Origin: Promethearchaeia archaeon
GTDB lineage: Archaea; Asgardarchaeota; Lokiarchaeia; Sigyniarchaeales; SOKP01
DNA: 64,000 bases
Assembly (NCBI GenBank): GCA_029856145.1
Contig: JAHQWK010000001.1
Coordinates: 512,001-576,000 of the forward strand
Direction of reading: 5' to 3'
In this document: piece after piece, positions 10,631 through 20,162 of the stretch
How the letters are laid out: every line of letters begins with the position of its first letter
Numbering within the stretch: the first letter of the stretch is position 1
Notes under the pieces: model-generated
The model's database searches: none
What the model saw: only the letters and a program-made list of their open reading frames with translations
What the model was told of the DNA's origin: nothing
Program-made: the position numbers and the translations under genes

Positions 10631-11407
10631 CTAAATCAAAGCATTTTCAATTGCTTCTCTAAGTTTACTTTTCTCTATTTCTGGACCTACTTTAATCATT
10701 TCACCATTAACGTAGATTCTTCTCTCAATGCCATATCGCTGTAAAATTTTTTGATCAACCGCTGAAAATTCATTGAGAATAACATCATTTCCGTATTCTG
10801 AGACTACATCTCGCACTCTTTGTGCTTCAACATCACTAGTTAAACAAAATCTATTCCAAAATAAATCTATAACAATTTTACCTTTTATAGGTTTAAAATT
10901 GTAATTTTCTTTTCGGAAATGAGGAGGCTCAGCATTTGGATCAAATTGCTTCCAAAGAATTGCTTCTTCACCCCGTTTTTCTGCGACTTTAAATCCTAAC
11001 TTTAAAAAATATTCTGCTGGCATAAACCAAAAATCCCAAAAATATCCTATAGTTGCGATTCCTTTCCGATCTTGGCGTTTAGTTTCTTCTTCTGCCGTTT
11101 TAATTAACTCTTTCCCTACGCTCTTTTTAGAAAATTTAGAATGTGAAACTAAGCAAGGAAATACCATCAAATCTTTACCTTGTATTTGCCAAGGATTTAT
11201 TTCAATTGGCATGATATATAAAAATCCTGCATGAATATCATCTAAAAGAGCAACCTTGACTTTCAAACCATATTTTTCCATACTTTTGAGCCAGGATATA
11301 CGGCGTGGACAAGACGATTCACGCTCAATGTTATTCTCATTTACATGAGTACAGGTACCAACATAATATTCATCATCTTTAGTCATATCTCGGATATTAA
11401 TTGACAT
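10631..11407 (-). CDS. GNAT acetyltransferase (YoaP-like) with C-terminal thioredoxin-like domain
   Basis: GNAT motif A region (SVGKELI..AEE), YFLKLGF; C-terminal FWNRFC...IYVNG. Confidence 0.7.
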   Translation of the reverse strand: MSINIRDMTKDDEYYVGTCTHVNENNIERESSCPRRISWLKSMEKYGLKVKVALLDDIHAGFLYIMPIEINPWQIQGKDLMVFPCLVSHSKFSKKSVGKELIKTAEEETKRQDRKGIATIGYFWDFWFMPAEYFLKLGFKVAEKRGEEAILWKQFDPNAEPPHFRKENYNFKPIKGKIVIDLFWNRFCLTSDVEAQRVRDVVSEYGNDVILNEFSAVDQKILQRYGIERRIYVNGEMIKVGPEIEKSKLREAIENALI

Positions 11408-11578
11408 TTTTTTACATCTAAATTGGTTCTCAAAGATTTATGTTTATATAATAATGTTATTGTTTGAAAATAGGAAATTTAAAATAATATTTATATTATT
11501 TCCAGACAACTATCTAACTTCAAATAATTCAAATAAGATCAATTTAAAATTTATAAGAAATTAAAATTATTAATAATT

Positions 11579-11887
11579 ATGACAAAAAAGCAGCATTTTT
11601 ACGCAATCATCAAACCGTATCGGCAGGATTTCATTACAAATCCAAAAGAAGAAGAAGAAAAAATCATGTCTGATCATTTTTATTATCTAAAATCTTTATT
11701 AAAACAGAAGAAATTATATCTTGCGGGTCCAAAATTGATTCCTGAGGATCCTTTTGGATTAATAATCCTTGAAACTGAATCCGAAGATGAAGCAAAAAAA
11801 TTACTTGAAAATGATCCTTCAGTTAAAGCAGAAATTCAAAAAGTTGTAGATTTTAGACCCATTAGGTTATCTCTTATGAAAAAATAA
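11579..11887 (+). CDS. YciI family protein
   Basis: DHFYYL..L...LAGP, GLIILE, ENDPSV. Confidence 0.85.
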   Translation: MTKKQHFYAIIKPYRQDFITNPKEEEEKIMSDHFYYLKSLLKQKKLYLAGPKLIPEDPFGLIILETESEDEAKKLLENDPSVKAEIQKVVDFRPIRLSLMKK

Positions 11888-11892
11888 ATAGT

Positions 11893-13122
11893 TTACCCCC
11901 CAAGTGTAAAGAACCATAAAAAAGTAAGTATAGTGTTAAAAAAATATAAGATTAATATTCCAAGAATTATATACACAATTCTTCTATAAATTTGAAAATC
12001 TAAGATCTTTCTAAACTTTCTTTTATTGCTAATCTTTAAAGCTTTAATAAGTTTTGATGAGTGATAAGCCATAACAGTACCAATCACACAATAAGGAACT
12101 ATCCATTTATGAGGGAACCCAATTATCCCAACGACTATTCCAGTCTTATAATCGATGATTAAAATCGTATCTGAAAATAAATTACTTACAAGGATGTTAC
12201 CATTGGGTAACATATCAGCTTCATATGGATTTGCTAACCAAGGTGATTTTATTTCCTTAACGACTTTTTTAGATTTCATATCATATATTAATAAGCGATT
12301 ATTTCCCGAATCAGTTATCAATCTCATATCGTTTCCAATATCATCACAATCTCTTGCGAATCTAAACTTTCCAAATGGAAATTCTAATTTTAATTCCCAA
12401 ACTATTTTCTTAGTTGAAGTATTAACTTCAATTATTCTATCATTTCCCGTATCACAAATTACTGTATTTCCGTTATCATATCGATCGGGATTATGTTGAT
12501 GATTGATAATTGTTATATTTGTTGGGTGACCATACCACCAGATAATTTCTTTGGTTTCACTATAGTTAATTTCAATAACCATGTTAAAATTATTTAAAGA
12601 AATTAAGATAGAATCAAAATTCCTTCCAAATTTTGACCCATTAATGAAGTCTACATCATTAAGATGTGTCCATGAACTTATCAGCGATGACTGGTCTTCT
12701 AAAAACGGAATGTCAGTCCAACCTTGATCAAGGCTAAATCTTGTCCAATTTATATCCGAAATGTTTAGCGCATCCCAACTCCATAATATTTTAGAAGGAT
12801 TGTTTATATCTACTTCAATTACTCTGTTATCCGATGTGTCAGCCATAAGAATATTACCATTTGGTAGAACATCACTATCATGTAAGAAAAACTTATTATC
12901 ATGGCTCCTCCATTTAACGATTCCATTTTGATCCACAATTACAACATGACCCCAAATAGGCGATACCAAATAACATCCTGCATATTCTCCATCTGAAATA
13001 TAATCTACATCACAAGGACTATTAAAAGGCATAAAACCCGGAATTATTGTATAAAAAATTATTGATAAAAATGAAAATATAACAACCAAGCCGATAATTA
13101 ATTTTTTTGTATTCACTTTCAT
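11893..13122 (-). CDS. Arylsulfotransferase-like beta-propeller membrane-anchored protein
   Basis: HDSDVLPNGN, WTHLNDVD, QHNPD, RDCD motifs; N- and C-terminal TM helices. Confidence 0.8.
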   Translation of the reverse strand: MKVNTKKLIIGLVVIFSFLSIIFYTIIPGFMPFNSPCDVDYISDGEYAGCYLVSPIWGHVVIVDQNGIVKWRSHDNKFFLHDSDVLPNGNILMADTSDNRVIEVDINNPSKILWSWDALNISDINWTRFSLDQGWTDIPFLEDQSSLISSWTHLNDVDFINGSKFGRNFDSILISLNNFNMVIEINYSETKEIIWWYGHPTNITIINHQHNPDRYDNGNTVICDTGNDRIIEVNTSTKKIVWELKLEFPFGKFRFARDCDDIGNDMRLITDSGNNRLLIYDMKSKKVVKEIKSPWLANPYEADMLPNGNILVSNLFSDTILIIDYKTGIVVGIIGFPHKWIVPYCVIGTVMAYHSSKLIKALKISNKRKFRKILDFQIYRRIVYIILGILILYFFNTILTFLWFFTLGG

Positions 13123-13145
13123 GATTATTCAGAACTTAAGTATTA

Positions 13146-13529
13146 TCAGAAACCTATATAAAATGTTATACTAGCACTGATGAAGAAAACTACTATAAAT
13201 ATAAAAGAAAATCTCAATGAAAATCTCCAAAGATTTTCATTATTAGGCACCAATTTTTGAAATTTTTTTTTTAAAAATAATAAAATAAGAATAATCAAAA
13301 ACTGGATAAATGAAAAATAAGCAAAAATTATGCTATTTATAAATAATCCACGTAAAATGTAATGAACATTAAAACTTCCAATGTGAAACAATATTCGTTG
13401 AATGAAGTAATGAGTAATACCTCCAACTATACCAAAAAATATTTTTAACCAAAATAGGAAAATTGAAGGTAGATCTTTATCCCTAATATCCTTATTTTTG
13501 TGCAGAATATCTTTCATATTTAAATTCAA
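13146..13529 (-). CDS. Small 3-TM membrane protein, possibly EMC6/Rab5ip-like
   Basis: Three hydrophobic segments; FWLKIFFGIVGG resembles TM1 of EMC6-like proteins. Confidence 0.45.
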   Translation of the reverse strand: MNLNMKDILHKNKDIRDKDLPSIFLFWLKIFFGIVGGITHYFIQRILFHIGSFNVHYILRGLFINSIIFAYFSFIQFLIILILLFLKKKFQKLVPNNENLWRFSLRFSFIFIVVFFISASITFYIGF

Positions 13530-13546
13530 CTCAAAAAAAATTACAT

Positions 13547-13578
13547 TTTAAATACTTAAAAATCATATATTTCAATAT
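13547..13578 (+). promoter_or_regulatory. Duplicated upstream/promoter element, copy 1
   Basis: TTTAAATACTT...AATC..ATATTTCAATAT, also present at 14241-14272; contains the TATA-like TTTAAATA. Confidence 0.55.
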
Positions 13579-13614
13579 TAAATTTATGAATATTTAATTA
13601 TATAATTACAAAAA

Positions 13615-14094
13615 ATGGGTGAAAAAATGGTTGATATTAAAGGAAATTTATGGCTTATTTCTATAGTGGCGGGTATAATAGGAGTTATCACAATCTTTAC
13701 TCCAGCCTGGGGATATTTATCAGGAAGTGAAAATGTAGCTGCTTGGTTATGGGGTTTGTATATAAACAATGGAAATGTTAACTTTATTGATTTAGATGAA
13801 CCAATAGTTATTTTAGGTATTATTTCAACACTAATTATTGCTATTGGGACATTGCCATTACTACTCGGGGGAATACTTACAAAAGTAAAAGATAGGGAGA
13901 TTAGTTTATTATATCTTGTGGGGGGAATTTTACCAATTATAGGAATTATTGTGTTTTTAGCAGGTACAGAATCATTATATTCAGGTTGGTGGTCATACTA
14001 TATCGTACATGTTGGTACAATTCTCGCTTTCATCGCCGGGGGATTAGGAATTTCCGCAGGAGTAATAAGTATAATGGAAAATCGAAAAACATAG
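13615..14094 (+). CDS. Four-TM membrane protein, claudin/PMP22-like pattern (paralog 1)
   Basis: TM1 ending in TPAW, loop WLWGLY, three further TM helices. Confidence 0.7.
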   Translation: MGEKMVDIKGNLWLISIVAGIIGVITIFTPAWGYLSGSENVAAWLWGLYINNGNVNFIDLDEPIVILGIISTLIIAIGTLPLLLGGILTKVKDREISLLYLVGGILPIIGIIVFLAGTESLYSGWWSYYIVHVGTILAFIAGGLGISAGVISIMENRKT

Positions 14095-14240
14095 TAATCC
14101 ACTTTATTTTGTTATATCACTAATTCCTTTTTTTTTCAGTTCTAAATCTTAACAATAATTTATTTAATTAATTCCATGCGAAATTAAAATTTTATATAGA
14201 AGATCCTTTATTATTTAATTGAATTTAGACATTAAATCAA

Positions 14241-14272
14241 TTTAAATACTTTAGAATCCAATATTTCAATAT
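14241..14272 (+). promoter_or_regulatory. Duplicated upstream/promoter element, copy 2
   Basis: Near-identical to 13547-13578 at a similar distance from the paralog start. Confidence 0.55.
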
Positions 14273-14313
14273 ATAACTTTTAAACGATTAATTCCATAAT
14301 TCTAAGAAAATAG

Positions 14314-14808
14314 TTGATAAAAATGGTTGGTATTAAGGATATTAAAGAAAATTTATGGGCTATAGCTATTCTGGGAGGAATTTTTGGTGCAATTTCAATT
14401 TTTACACCTGCTTGGGGCCTTATCTCTGGAGGGGATTTTATGGTTGCTTGGTATTGGAATTTGTATTATGTGAGCGCAGGTGGAGGCACCTTTGGTTGGA
14501 TAGATACCGAGGAAATGCTTTTCTTTTTGGATCTGGGGGCTTTAATTGTTATAGCAATAGCAACATGTATTTTACTTATGGCAGGGATCCTTGATAAAGT
14601 TAAGAATAAAAAATTGTATATCTTAAATCTTTTGGGTGGAATTTTACTAATTTTAGGACCTACTATTGTGTTAGCTGGTGCAGAAGCTGCCTATGCGGGG
14701 TTCTTTCTTGCCTATAATGTCAATGTAGCTATGATTTTACCTTTCATAGGGGGCGCATTAGGAATTTTAACTGGAGTAATGGGTATTATGGAAAAGCGAA
14801 GTGAGTAA
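14314..14808 (+). CDS. Four-TM membrane protein, claudin/PMP22-like pattern (paralog 2)
   Basis: Clear paralog of 13615-14094 (IK.NLW, IFTPAWG, VAWYWNLY, PFIGGALGI..GV..IME). Confidence 0.7.
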   Translation: MIKMVGIKDIKENLWAIAILGGIFGAISIFTPAWGLISGGDFMVAWYWNLYYVSAGGGTFGWIDTEEMLFFLDLGALIVIAIATCILLMAGILDKVKNKKLYILNLLGGILLILGPTIVLAGAEAAYAGFFLAYNVNVAMILPFIGGALGILTGVMGIMEKRSE

Positions 14809-14937
14809 ATTACATCTATTTTAAATTTCTTTTTTTTAATTTCTATGAGTACAAAACCACAAACTATTAATTTTTTTGCGTATTCTATCAATTACTTAAC
14901 TTTATTAAATTTCATTATTTTTACGTGAAAAGTTCTT

Positions 14938-15540
14938 ATGTTCCAATTATTTACCATTGAAGGAAAAATCGAGATACCTCCGTTTCTTTTTGGTCAAGAG
15001 AAAGATGTAAGTGCAAGAATAATCCTTTCGGAAGATTATGAAGGAATCATAACTCGTAATTATGGTTTTATAATAGCAGTTGTAGATGTTCTTAATGTCG
15101 GAAAAGGGATAATCATACCAGGTAACGCAAATACCTTTCATGAAGTAGAGTTCACTATTCTAGCATTTAAACCAACTGTTTCAGAAGTGGTTGAAGGAAC
15201 TGTTGTAGAAATTGTTGATTTTGGTTCATTTGTCCGTTTAGGCCCATTAGATGGATTAGTCCATGTATCACAAATTTGCGATGACTATATCTCTTATGAA
15301 CAAGTTGGGAACCGATTTATAGGCAAAGAAACTGGAAAAATCCTGGAGGTTAATGACCAAGTAAGAGCTAAAATTATTGCTGTTTCATTAGGTACTGGAA
15401 GAAGTGGAAAACTTGGTTTAACAATGAGACAAAAATTTCTAGGGAAAGAAGAGTGGATTGAAGACGATGTCGAAGAAGTATTTGCTGAAAAGGAAGGAAA
15501 AAAAGCAGGATCAAGTGAAGGAGAAGAGAATAAAGAATAA
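14938..15540 (+). CDS. rpoE1: DNA-directed RNA polymerase subunit E' (Rpo7)
   Basis: S1 domain EVVEGTVVEIVDFGSFVRLGPLDGLVHVSQI, GLTMRQ..LGK.EW. Confidence 0.97.
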   Translation: MFQLFTIEGKIEIPPFLFGQEKDVSARIILSEDYEGIITRNYGFIIAVVDVLNVGKGIIIPGNANTFHEVEFTILAFKPTVSEVVEGTVVEIVDFGSFVRLGPLDGLVHVSQICDDYISYEQVGNRFIGKETGKILEVNDQVRAKIIAVSLGTGRSGKLGLTMRQKFLGKEEWIEDDVEEVFAEKEGKKAGSSEGEENKE

Positions 15541-15565
15541 TAATTAAAGGAAGAAGGGAATAAAT

Positions 15566-15754
15566 ATGAAAGAGAAAGCTTGTAAAAATTGCCACTTAAT
15601 AACTAAAAATGAAACAATTTGCCCAAAGTGTAAAACACATACTCTAAGCGAAGACTTTACAGGAGAGGTAATAATAATAAATCCTAAGGAATCGAAGTTC
15701 GCGGCTCATTTAAAGGTTGTTTACCCCGGAAAATACGCTTTAAGAGTACGCTAA
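15566..15754 (+). CDS. spt4: Transcription elongation factor Spt4 (RpoE'')
   Basis: ACKNC...CPKC, PGKYALRVR; follows rpoE1. Confidence 0.96.
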   Translation: MKEKACKNCHLITKNETICPKCKTHTLSEDFTGEVIIINPKESKFAAHLKVVYPGKYALRVR

Positions 15755-15846
15755 AACCATAATTAATGTTAACCTGTTATATTTCTACCAAGACTAATTT
15801 CTTAATAAATATTAAATTACACTCTTTCTTTATAATCTTGATTTAA

Positions 15847-16434
15847 ATGGATTTCAATTTACGAATTCCTCAAGATAAAAGGCATTTATTTACAGAACCT
15901 CTTGATAAATTAATAGCAGGAACACGAGAAGAAACAATTCTTCAAGTAGAAAACATTTTTAAAGATTATTTAAAATCAGGAATACATATAAACTTTTATA
16001 TTGTTGGAGATATTGTAGCTAAAGACTTTCTGGCTAATCAATTTCTAAAAATATTCATTAAGATTTGTATAATTGATGAAAAGACCCAAAGAAATTATAT
16101 AAAGTTAGATTTTGAGGAATTTTTTGAACAAACTATTGAATTTCAAAACCCTGAAGGAACAATTAATAGTGATTGTTGGAAACTCTTTAGAGACGTCATT
16201 AATTCTGGGAAAAGAACCTTAATCAAAATAACAGAGGGAGAGGAGGATCTATTAATACTTCCTCTTTTAGTTGAAATTCCTCTTTTAAAAGGAATAAAAA
16301 ACTTCTGTTTTTATGGTCAACCACCTATTACGGATTCTAAATTCATAATTCCAGAAGGAATCGTAATTGTTGATGTTGATAAAAACATTCAAGAAAAGGT
16401 TAAAAAAGTTATATCAATAATGGAAAGTTTCTAA
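15847..16434 (+). CDS. GTP-dependent dephospho-CoA kinase (DUF359)
   Basis: VGDIV, IIDEKTQR, NPEGTI, GEEDL, YGQP; canonical operon position. Confidence 0.9.
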   Translation: MDFNLRIPQDKRHLFTEPLDKLIAGTREETILQVENIFKDYLKSGIHINFYIVGDIVAKDFLANQFLKIFIKICIIDEKTQRNYIKLDFEEFFEQTIEFQNPEGTINSDCWKLFRDVINSGKRTLIKITEGEEDLLILPLLVEIPLLKGIKNFCFYGQPPITDSKFIIPEGIVIVDVDKNIQEKVKKVISIMESF

Positions 16435-16577
16435 AGATTTATTTTAAATTAATTAGTAATAATTTAACTTTTACCTATAGTAAAAAGCAAAATTTTATTT
16501 TATATCTATTCTTTTGAATTTTATAATAGTAAAAATCTTTAATTAATAGATGTTATAAAAAGTTAGTACGCTGAAAA

Positions 16578-16931
16578 ATGCCATTAAATATAGAAATACT
16601 GGAAGAGAAGAAAAACCCCCTAATTGAGCGAACAGAAATCAAATTTAGAATTGATCATTTTGGAGTGGGTACTCCAAATAGGCTAGATATTAAGAAAAAA
16701 ATTGCTGCAATGCAAGGGAGCGATGAAAAATTGACCATAATTAGAAAACTAGGTACTCATTTTGGAGTATCTTATACTATTGGAAAAGTTTACATTTATA
16801 AAGATGCTAAAGAGCTGCGCTATTTTGAACCCTTCCATGTTCAAGTTCGTAATCTTGAAAAAGAAAAAAGAACCGAAATTATTCAATTGAAAAAAAGAAA
16901 AGAACCTTATAAACATCTATTTGAATATTAA
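16578..16931 (+). CDS. rps24e: 30S ribosomal protein S24e
   Basis: NPLIERTEI, TPNR, THFG, YFEP. Confidence 0.95.
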   Translation: MPLNIEILEEKKNPLIERTEIKFRIDHFGVGTPNRLDIKKKIAAMQGSDEKLTIIRKLGTHFGVSYTIGKVYIYKDAKELRYFEPFHVQVRNLEKEKRTEIIQLKKRKEPYKHLFEY

Positions 16932-16953
16932 TTAAATATATATTAAGATTGAG

Positions 16954-17160
16954 ATGAATTCTTCGAATTATTATAAAATTGAAGGAAACAAGTTGGTTAG
17001 AACCCATCGATCATGCCCTAAATGTGGTCCAAGTTTTTTCCTTGCAAATCATTTTGATAGATGGTCTTGCGGGTCTTGTGGATATACCGTATTTAAAAGA
17101 AAAGGTGCTCCAAAACCTAAAACTACTAGACGAACTCCTCGAAAACGTCAAAAAGCATAG
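16954..17160 (+). CDS. rps27ae: 30S ribosomal protein S27ae
   Basis: YYKIEG, CPKCGP.FFLA.H.DRW.CG.CGYT. Confidence 0.96.
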   Translation: MNSSNYYKIEGNKLVRTHRSCPKCGPSFFLANHFDRWSCGSCGYTVFKRKGAPKPKTTRRTPRKRQKA

Positions 17161-17269
17161 CGTACTTAATCTTTAAATACTTTATTTAATTGAAAAATTA
17201 AATCTAAGTCATTAATTTAAAAGTAATTCAATTTTTAACCCTTAAAATTTATTAACCTGAATTGAAAAT

Positions 17270-18289
17270 TTGGCGAAATTAATGAAAAAGTTATGTTTAG
17301 GTATTGAATCTACTGCACATACGTTTTCAGTAGGAATTCTCGATTTTAATGGAAATGTATATAGTCTAATAAATGATATTTTCGTACCTGATAAAGGAGG
17401 ACTCCATCCTGCCTTGGTTAGAGAACAACACTTAAACAACTTTATGAAGATCATAAATCGAGCTCTATTAGAAGCAAATATCTCAATAAAAGATATTAAT
17501 TTAATGGCTTTTAGTCAAAGTCCTGGTTTAGGATCTGTTTTAAAAATTGGTGCTATGGTTGCACGCATGTTAAGCCAACTCTTAAATATTCCGATTGTTG
17601 GGGTTAATCATTGTGTTGCTCATATTGAAATAGGAAGACTATTATGCCATATTGAAGATCCTCTTGTTTTGTACGTTTCAGGTGGGAATACTATTGTAAG
17701 TGCGTATGAATCTAGTAGATACCAAATCTTTGGAGAAACGCTTGATTTAGCAATTGGTAATATGATTGATTCTTTTGCTAGAGATGCTGGATTACAGCAT
17801 CCTGGTGGTCCTAAAATAGAAAAAATGGCTTTAGAATCTAATAAAGATTACCTTCCATTACCCTATGTTGTAAAAGGGATGAATTTATCATTTTCTGGAC
17901 TTTATACGGCAGCAAAGTATCTACTTCAATCTGAAGAGTATGATAAAAAATATAATTTAGGTGATATCGCTTATTCTTTACAAGAAACGGCTTTTGGGAT
18001 GTTAACGGAAGTTACAGAAAGAGCTTTAGCTCATACGGAAAAGAAAGAAGTTCTTCTCACTGGAGGCGTAGCTGCAAATAAAAGATTGCAGTCTATGATA
18101 GAATATATCAGTAAGGAGCATGATGCAAGATTTGAAGTCGTACCATTAAGATATGCAGGTGACAATGGAGCAATGATAGGTTGGACAGGAATTCTAAGAT
18201 ATCAAGCAGAAGGAGGGCATGAAATTTCTGAGACAATCATTAAACCTAAAGAGAGAATGGATCAAATAACTATCCCATGGAGGTCGTAA
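17270..18289 (+). CDS. kae1: tRNA N6-threonylcarbamoyladenosine synthase Kae1 (KEOPS)
   Basis: GIESTAHT, VNHCVAHIE, VSGGNT, GGVAANKRL, DNGAMI; start may be the ATG at 17282. Confidence 0.97.
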   Translation: MAKLMKKLCLGIESTAHTFSVGILDFNGNVYSLINDIFVPDKGGLHPALVREQHLNNFMKIINRALLEANISIKDINLMAFSQSPGLGSVLKIGAMVARMLSQLLNIPIVGVNHCVAHIEIGRLLCHIEDPLVLYVSGGNTIVSAYESSRYQIFGETLDLAIGNMIDSFARDAGLQHPGGPKIEKMALESNKDYLPLPYVVKGMNLSFSGLYTAAKYLLQSEEYDKKYNLGDIAYSLQETAFGMLTEVTERALAHTEKKEVLLTGGVAANKRLQSMIEYISKEHDARFEVVPLRYAGDNGAMIGWTGILRYQAEGGHEISETIIKPKERMDQITIPWRS

Positions 18290-18295
18290 ATATAA

Positions 18296-18970
18296 TTGAG
18301 TTCTGATGTGGAGAAGGAAAAAATCATTCGAAAAGGTGCGGAGGCAAATCTTTATTATGGGCATTGGTTCGGAAAAGAAGTAATATTTAAGTATAGAATC
18401 CCAAAGAAATACCGAATAGAAGAATTAGATAAGAGAATTAGAACAGAAAGAACATTAAATGAGGCTCGAGCTTTAATAAGAGTAAAAAAATATGGGATAA
18501 ACGTACCGCAAGTATTTGAAATTGACACAGTTAATTCTACAATCGTTATGAAATATGTACATGGTACTAAGTTAAAAGATATATTGCCTAATTTAGATGA
18601 TAGTAAAAAACAGCTTTATTTTAATGAAATAGGTAGAATTATAGCAAATTTACATAAAAATGGACATATCCATGGTGATATTACTACAAGTAATATTATA
18701 ATAACTCCAGAAGAAAATATATTTCTTATAGATTTTGGATTACATGAATATTCTGATACAATAGAAGATAAAAGCGTTGATCTTCATCTCTTTAAGAGAG
18801 TTTTAATCTCATCTCATGGGAAAGATTATAAATATTGCTTTGACGCATTTCTCGAAGGATATAGGTCAGAATATAAGAAAATCGATTCAACTGAATGGAA
18901 GGCGATTATTAAAAACATAGATGCCATTGAAAGCCGTGGAAGGTATATCAAATCGGAAGAACGCTTATAA
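18296..18970 (+). CDS. bud32: KEOPS kinase Bud32
   Basis: GAEA, K.RIPKKYR, HGDITTSN, IDFGL, RGRY. Confidence 0.96.
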   Translation: MSSDVEKEKIIRKGAEANLYYGHWFGKEVIFKYRIPKKYRIEELDKRIRTERTLNEARALIRVKKYGINVPQVFEIDTVNSTIVMKYVHGTKLKDILPNLDDSKKQLYFNEIGRIIANLHKNGHIHGDITTSNIIITPEENIFLIDFGLHEYSDTIEDKSVDLHLFKRVLISSHGKDYKYCFDAFLEGYRSEYKKIDSTEWKAIIKNIDAIESRGRYIKSEERL

Positions 18971-19262
18971 AACTTCGTTATTTACCCTTCTAATTATCTT
19001 GAAAGAGATCTTACAAAATTAATAAAATATTTTCAACTAGACTATTAATTTGTAGTGCAAAACGTTCATCAAAATAATTAAACAATCTAAATTATTTATA
19101 TCTTAAATAAACAAACAGAATAATTTATATCTTATTTTAACTTAAAAGATTATATTAGAAAAGAGTGAATAATTAAGGGCAAAGAATATATCTTCTTTCT
19201 AATTCACTTTTATCATTAGGAATAAGAGATTTTTAGACGCAGAAATTTTTGGAGTTAGGTAA

Positions 19263-19472
19263 ATGGCAGATAACGATAAAAAGAAAAAAAAGAAGAAAAT
19301 GGTAAATATAACCATTAATCTGCCCTATATTTATGACGTAAATATTCAAAAACTTATTGGTATGAAGATTGTTGCCTCAAGGTCAGAGGCAATCCGTACC
19401 GCATTACGTGATTTCCTCCATGATGAGTATAACAATCTAAAATTACTCGGTTATTTTGAGGATAGCCCCTAA
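19263..19472 (+). CDS. Ribbon-helix-helix (CopG/Arc) DNA-binding protein
   Basis: NITINLP...SRSEAIRTALRDFL. Confidence 0.88.
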   Translation: MADNDKKKKKKKMVNITINLPYIYDVNIQKLIGMKIVASRSEAIRTALRDFLHDEYNNLKLLGYFEDSP

Positions 19473-19566
19473 ACAATCTCTCTTTATTTGTTCACATGTA
19501 ATAAAGATTTATATCATTAATTTACTTATTTTTACTATATTATACTTAAGTACATAAAGAATTAGA

Positions 19567-20160
19567 ATGCTTTTATATAATATTGCTGAGAATGGTGCTT
19601 TAAGAAAGGTTACTAAAGTGGATTTTAATGAAAACAAAGTGTTTTTAATTGATGATTTTAAGACATTGTATTTATGGGTTGGATCAAAAGCTTCTAAAAA
19701 AAAGAAAGATTTGAGCATAAAAAGAACCGAAAAACTGAAAGATCAGAAAGAAAAACTTGTTAAAATTCAAATTATTAACCAAAATCAAGAATTTGGAGCA
19801 TTTTTAGCAATAATGGACATTTTAAAGAAAGGATTTAAATCGGTTGAATCTATTGAAAAAAGACCTGAATTAGAAATAGAATTTGAGGGCACCATGGAAC
19901 TGATTGAAGCGGGAATTGATCCCGATTTTGAAACTGAAATAACTTTACTGGCTCATAAGCTTTCCCAAGAAAGCCATTCCTATGAGGGTCTCTGCAACAA
20001 ACTTGCAAAATTACAAATGGACTTCTTGAAAGGTAAAGGAAAAGCCTCAGAAAAAGAAATCAAGAAAAAATATGAAGAAATATATAAATCTTCATCAACA
20101 TATGACGAGCTATGTTGGTTAATTTCAGAATTAAGTAAATTTTTAGAAAAGAAATTCTGA
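19567..20160 (+). CDS. Asgard gelsolin-domain protein with C-terminal helical X-like domain (1DGelX-like)
   Basis: VFLIDDFKTLYLWVGSKAS...INQNQEFGAF gelsolin core; duplicated SY(E/D)(G/E)LC..(L/I)(A/S).L helical motif. Confidence 0.8.
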   Translation: MLLYNIAENGALRKVTKVDFNENKVFLIDDFKTLYLWVGSKASKKKKDLSIKRTEKLKDQKEKLVKIQIINQNQEFGAFLAIMDILKKGFKSVESIEKRPELEIEFEGTMELIEAGIDPDFETEITLLAHKLSQESHSYEGLCNKLAKLQMDFLKGKGKASEKEIKKKYEEIYKSSSTYDELCWLISELSKFLEKKF

Positions 20161-20162
20161 AA

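Noticed and set aside
16954-17160. Ubiquitin fusion to S27ae
   Set aside because: The ORF starts directly at the S27ae domain, and the upstream sequence is rps24e
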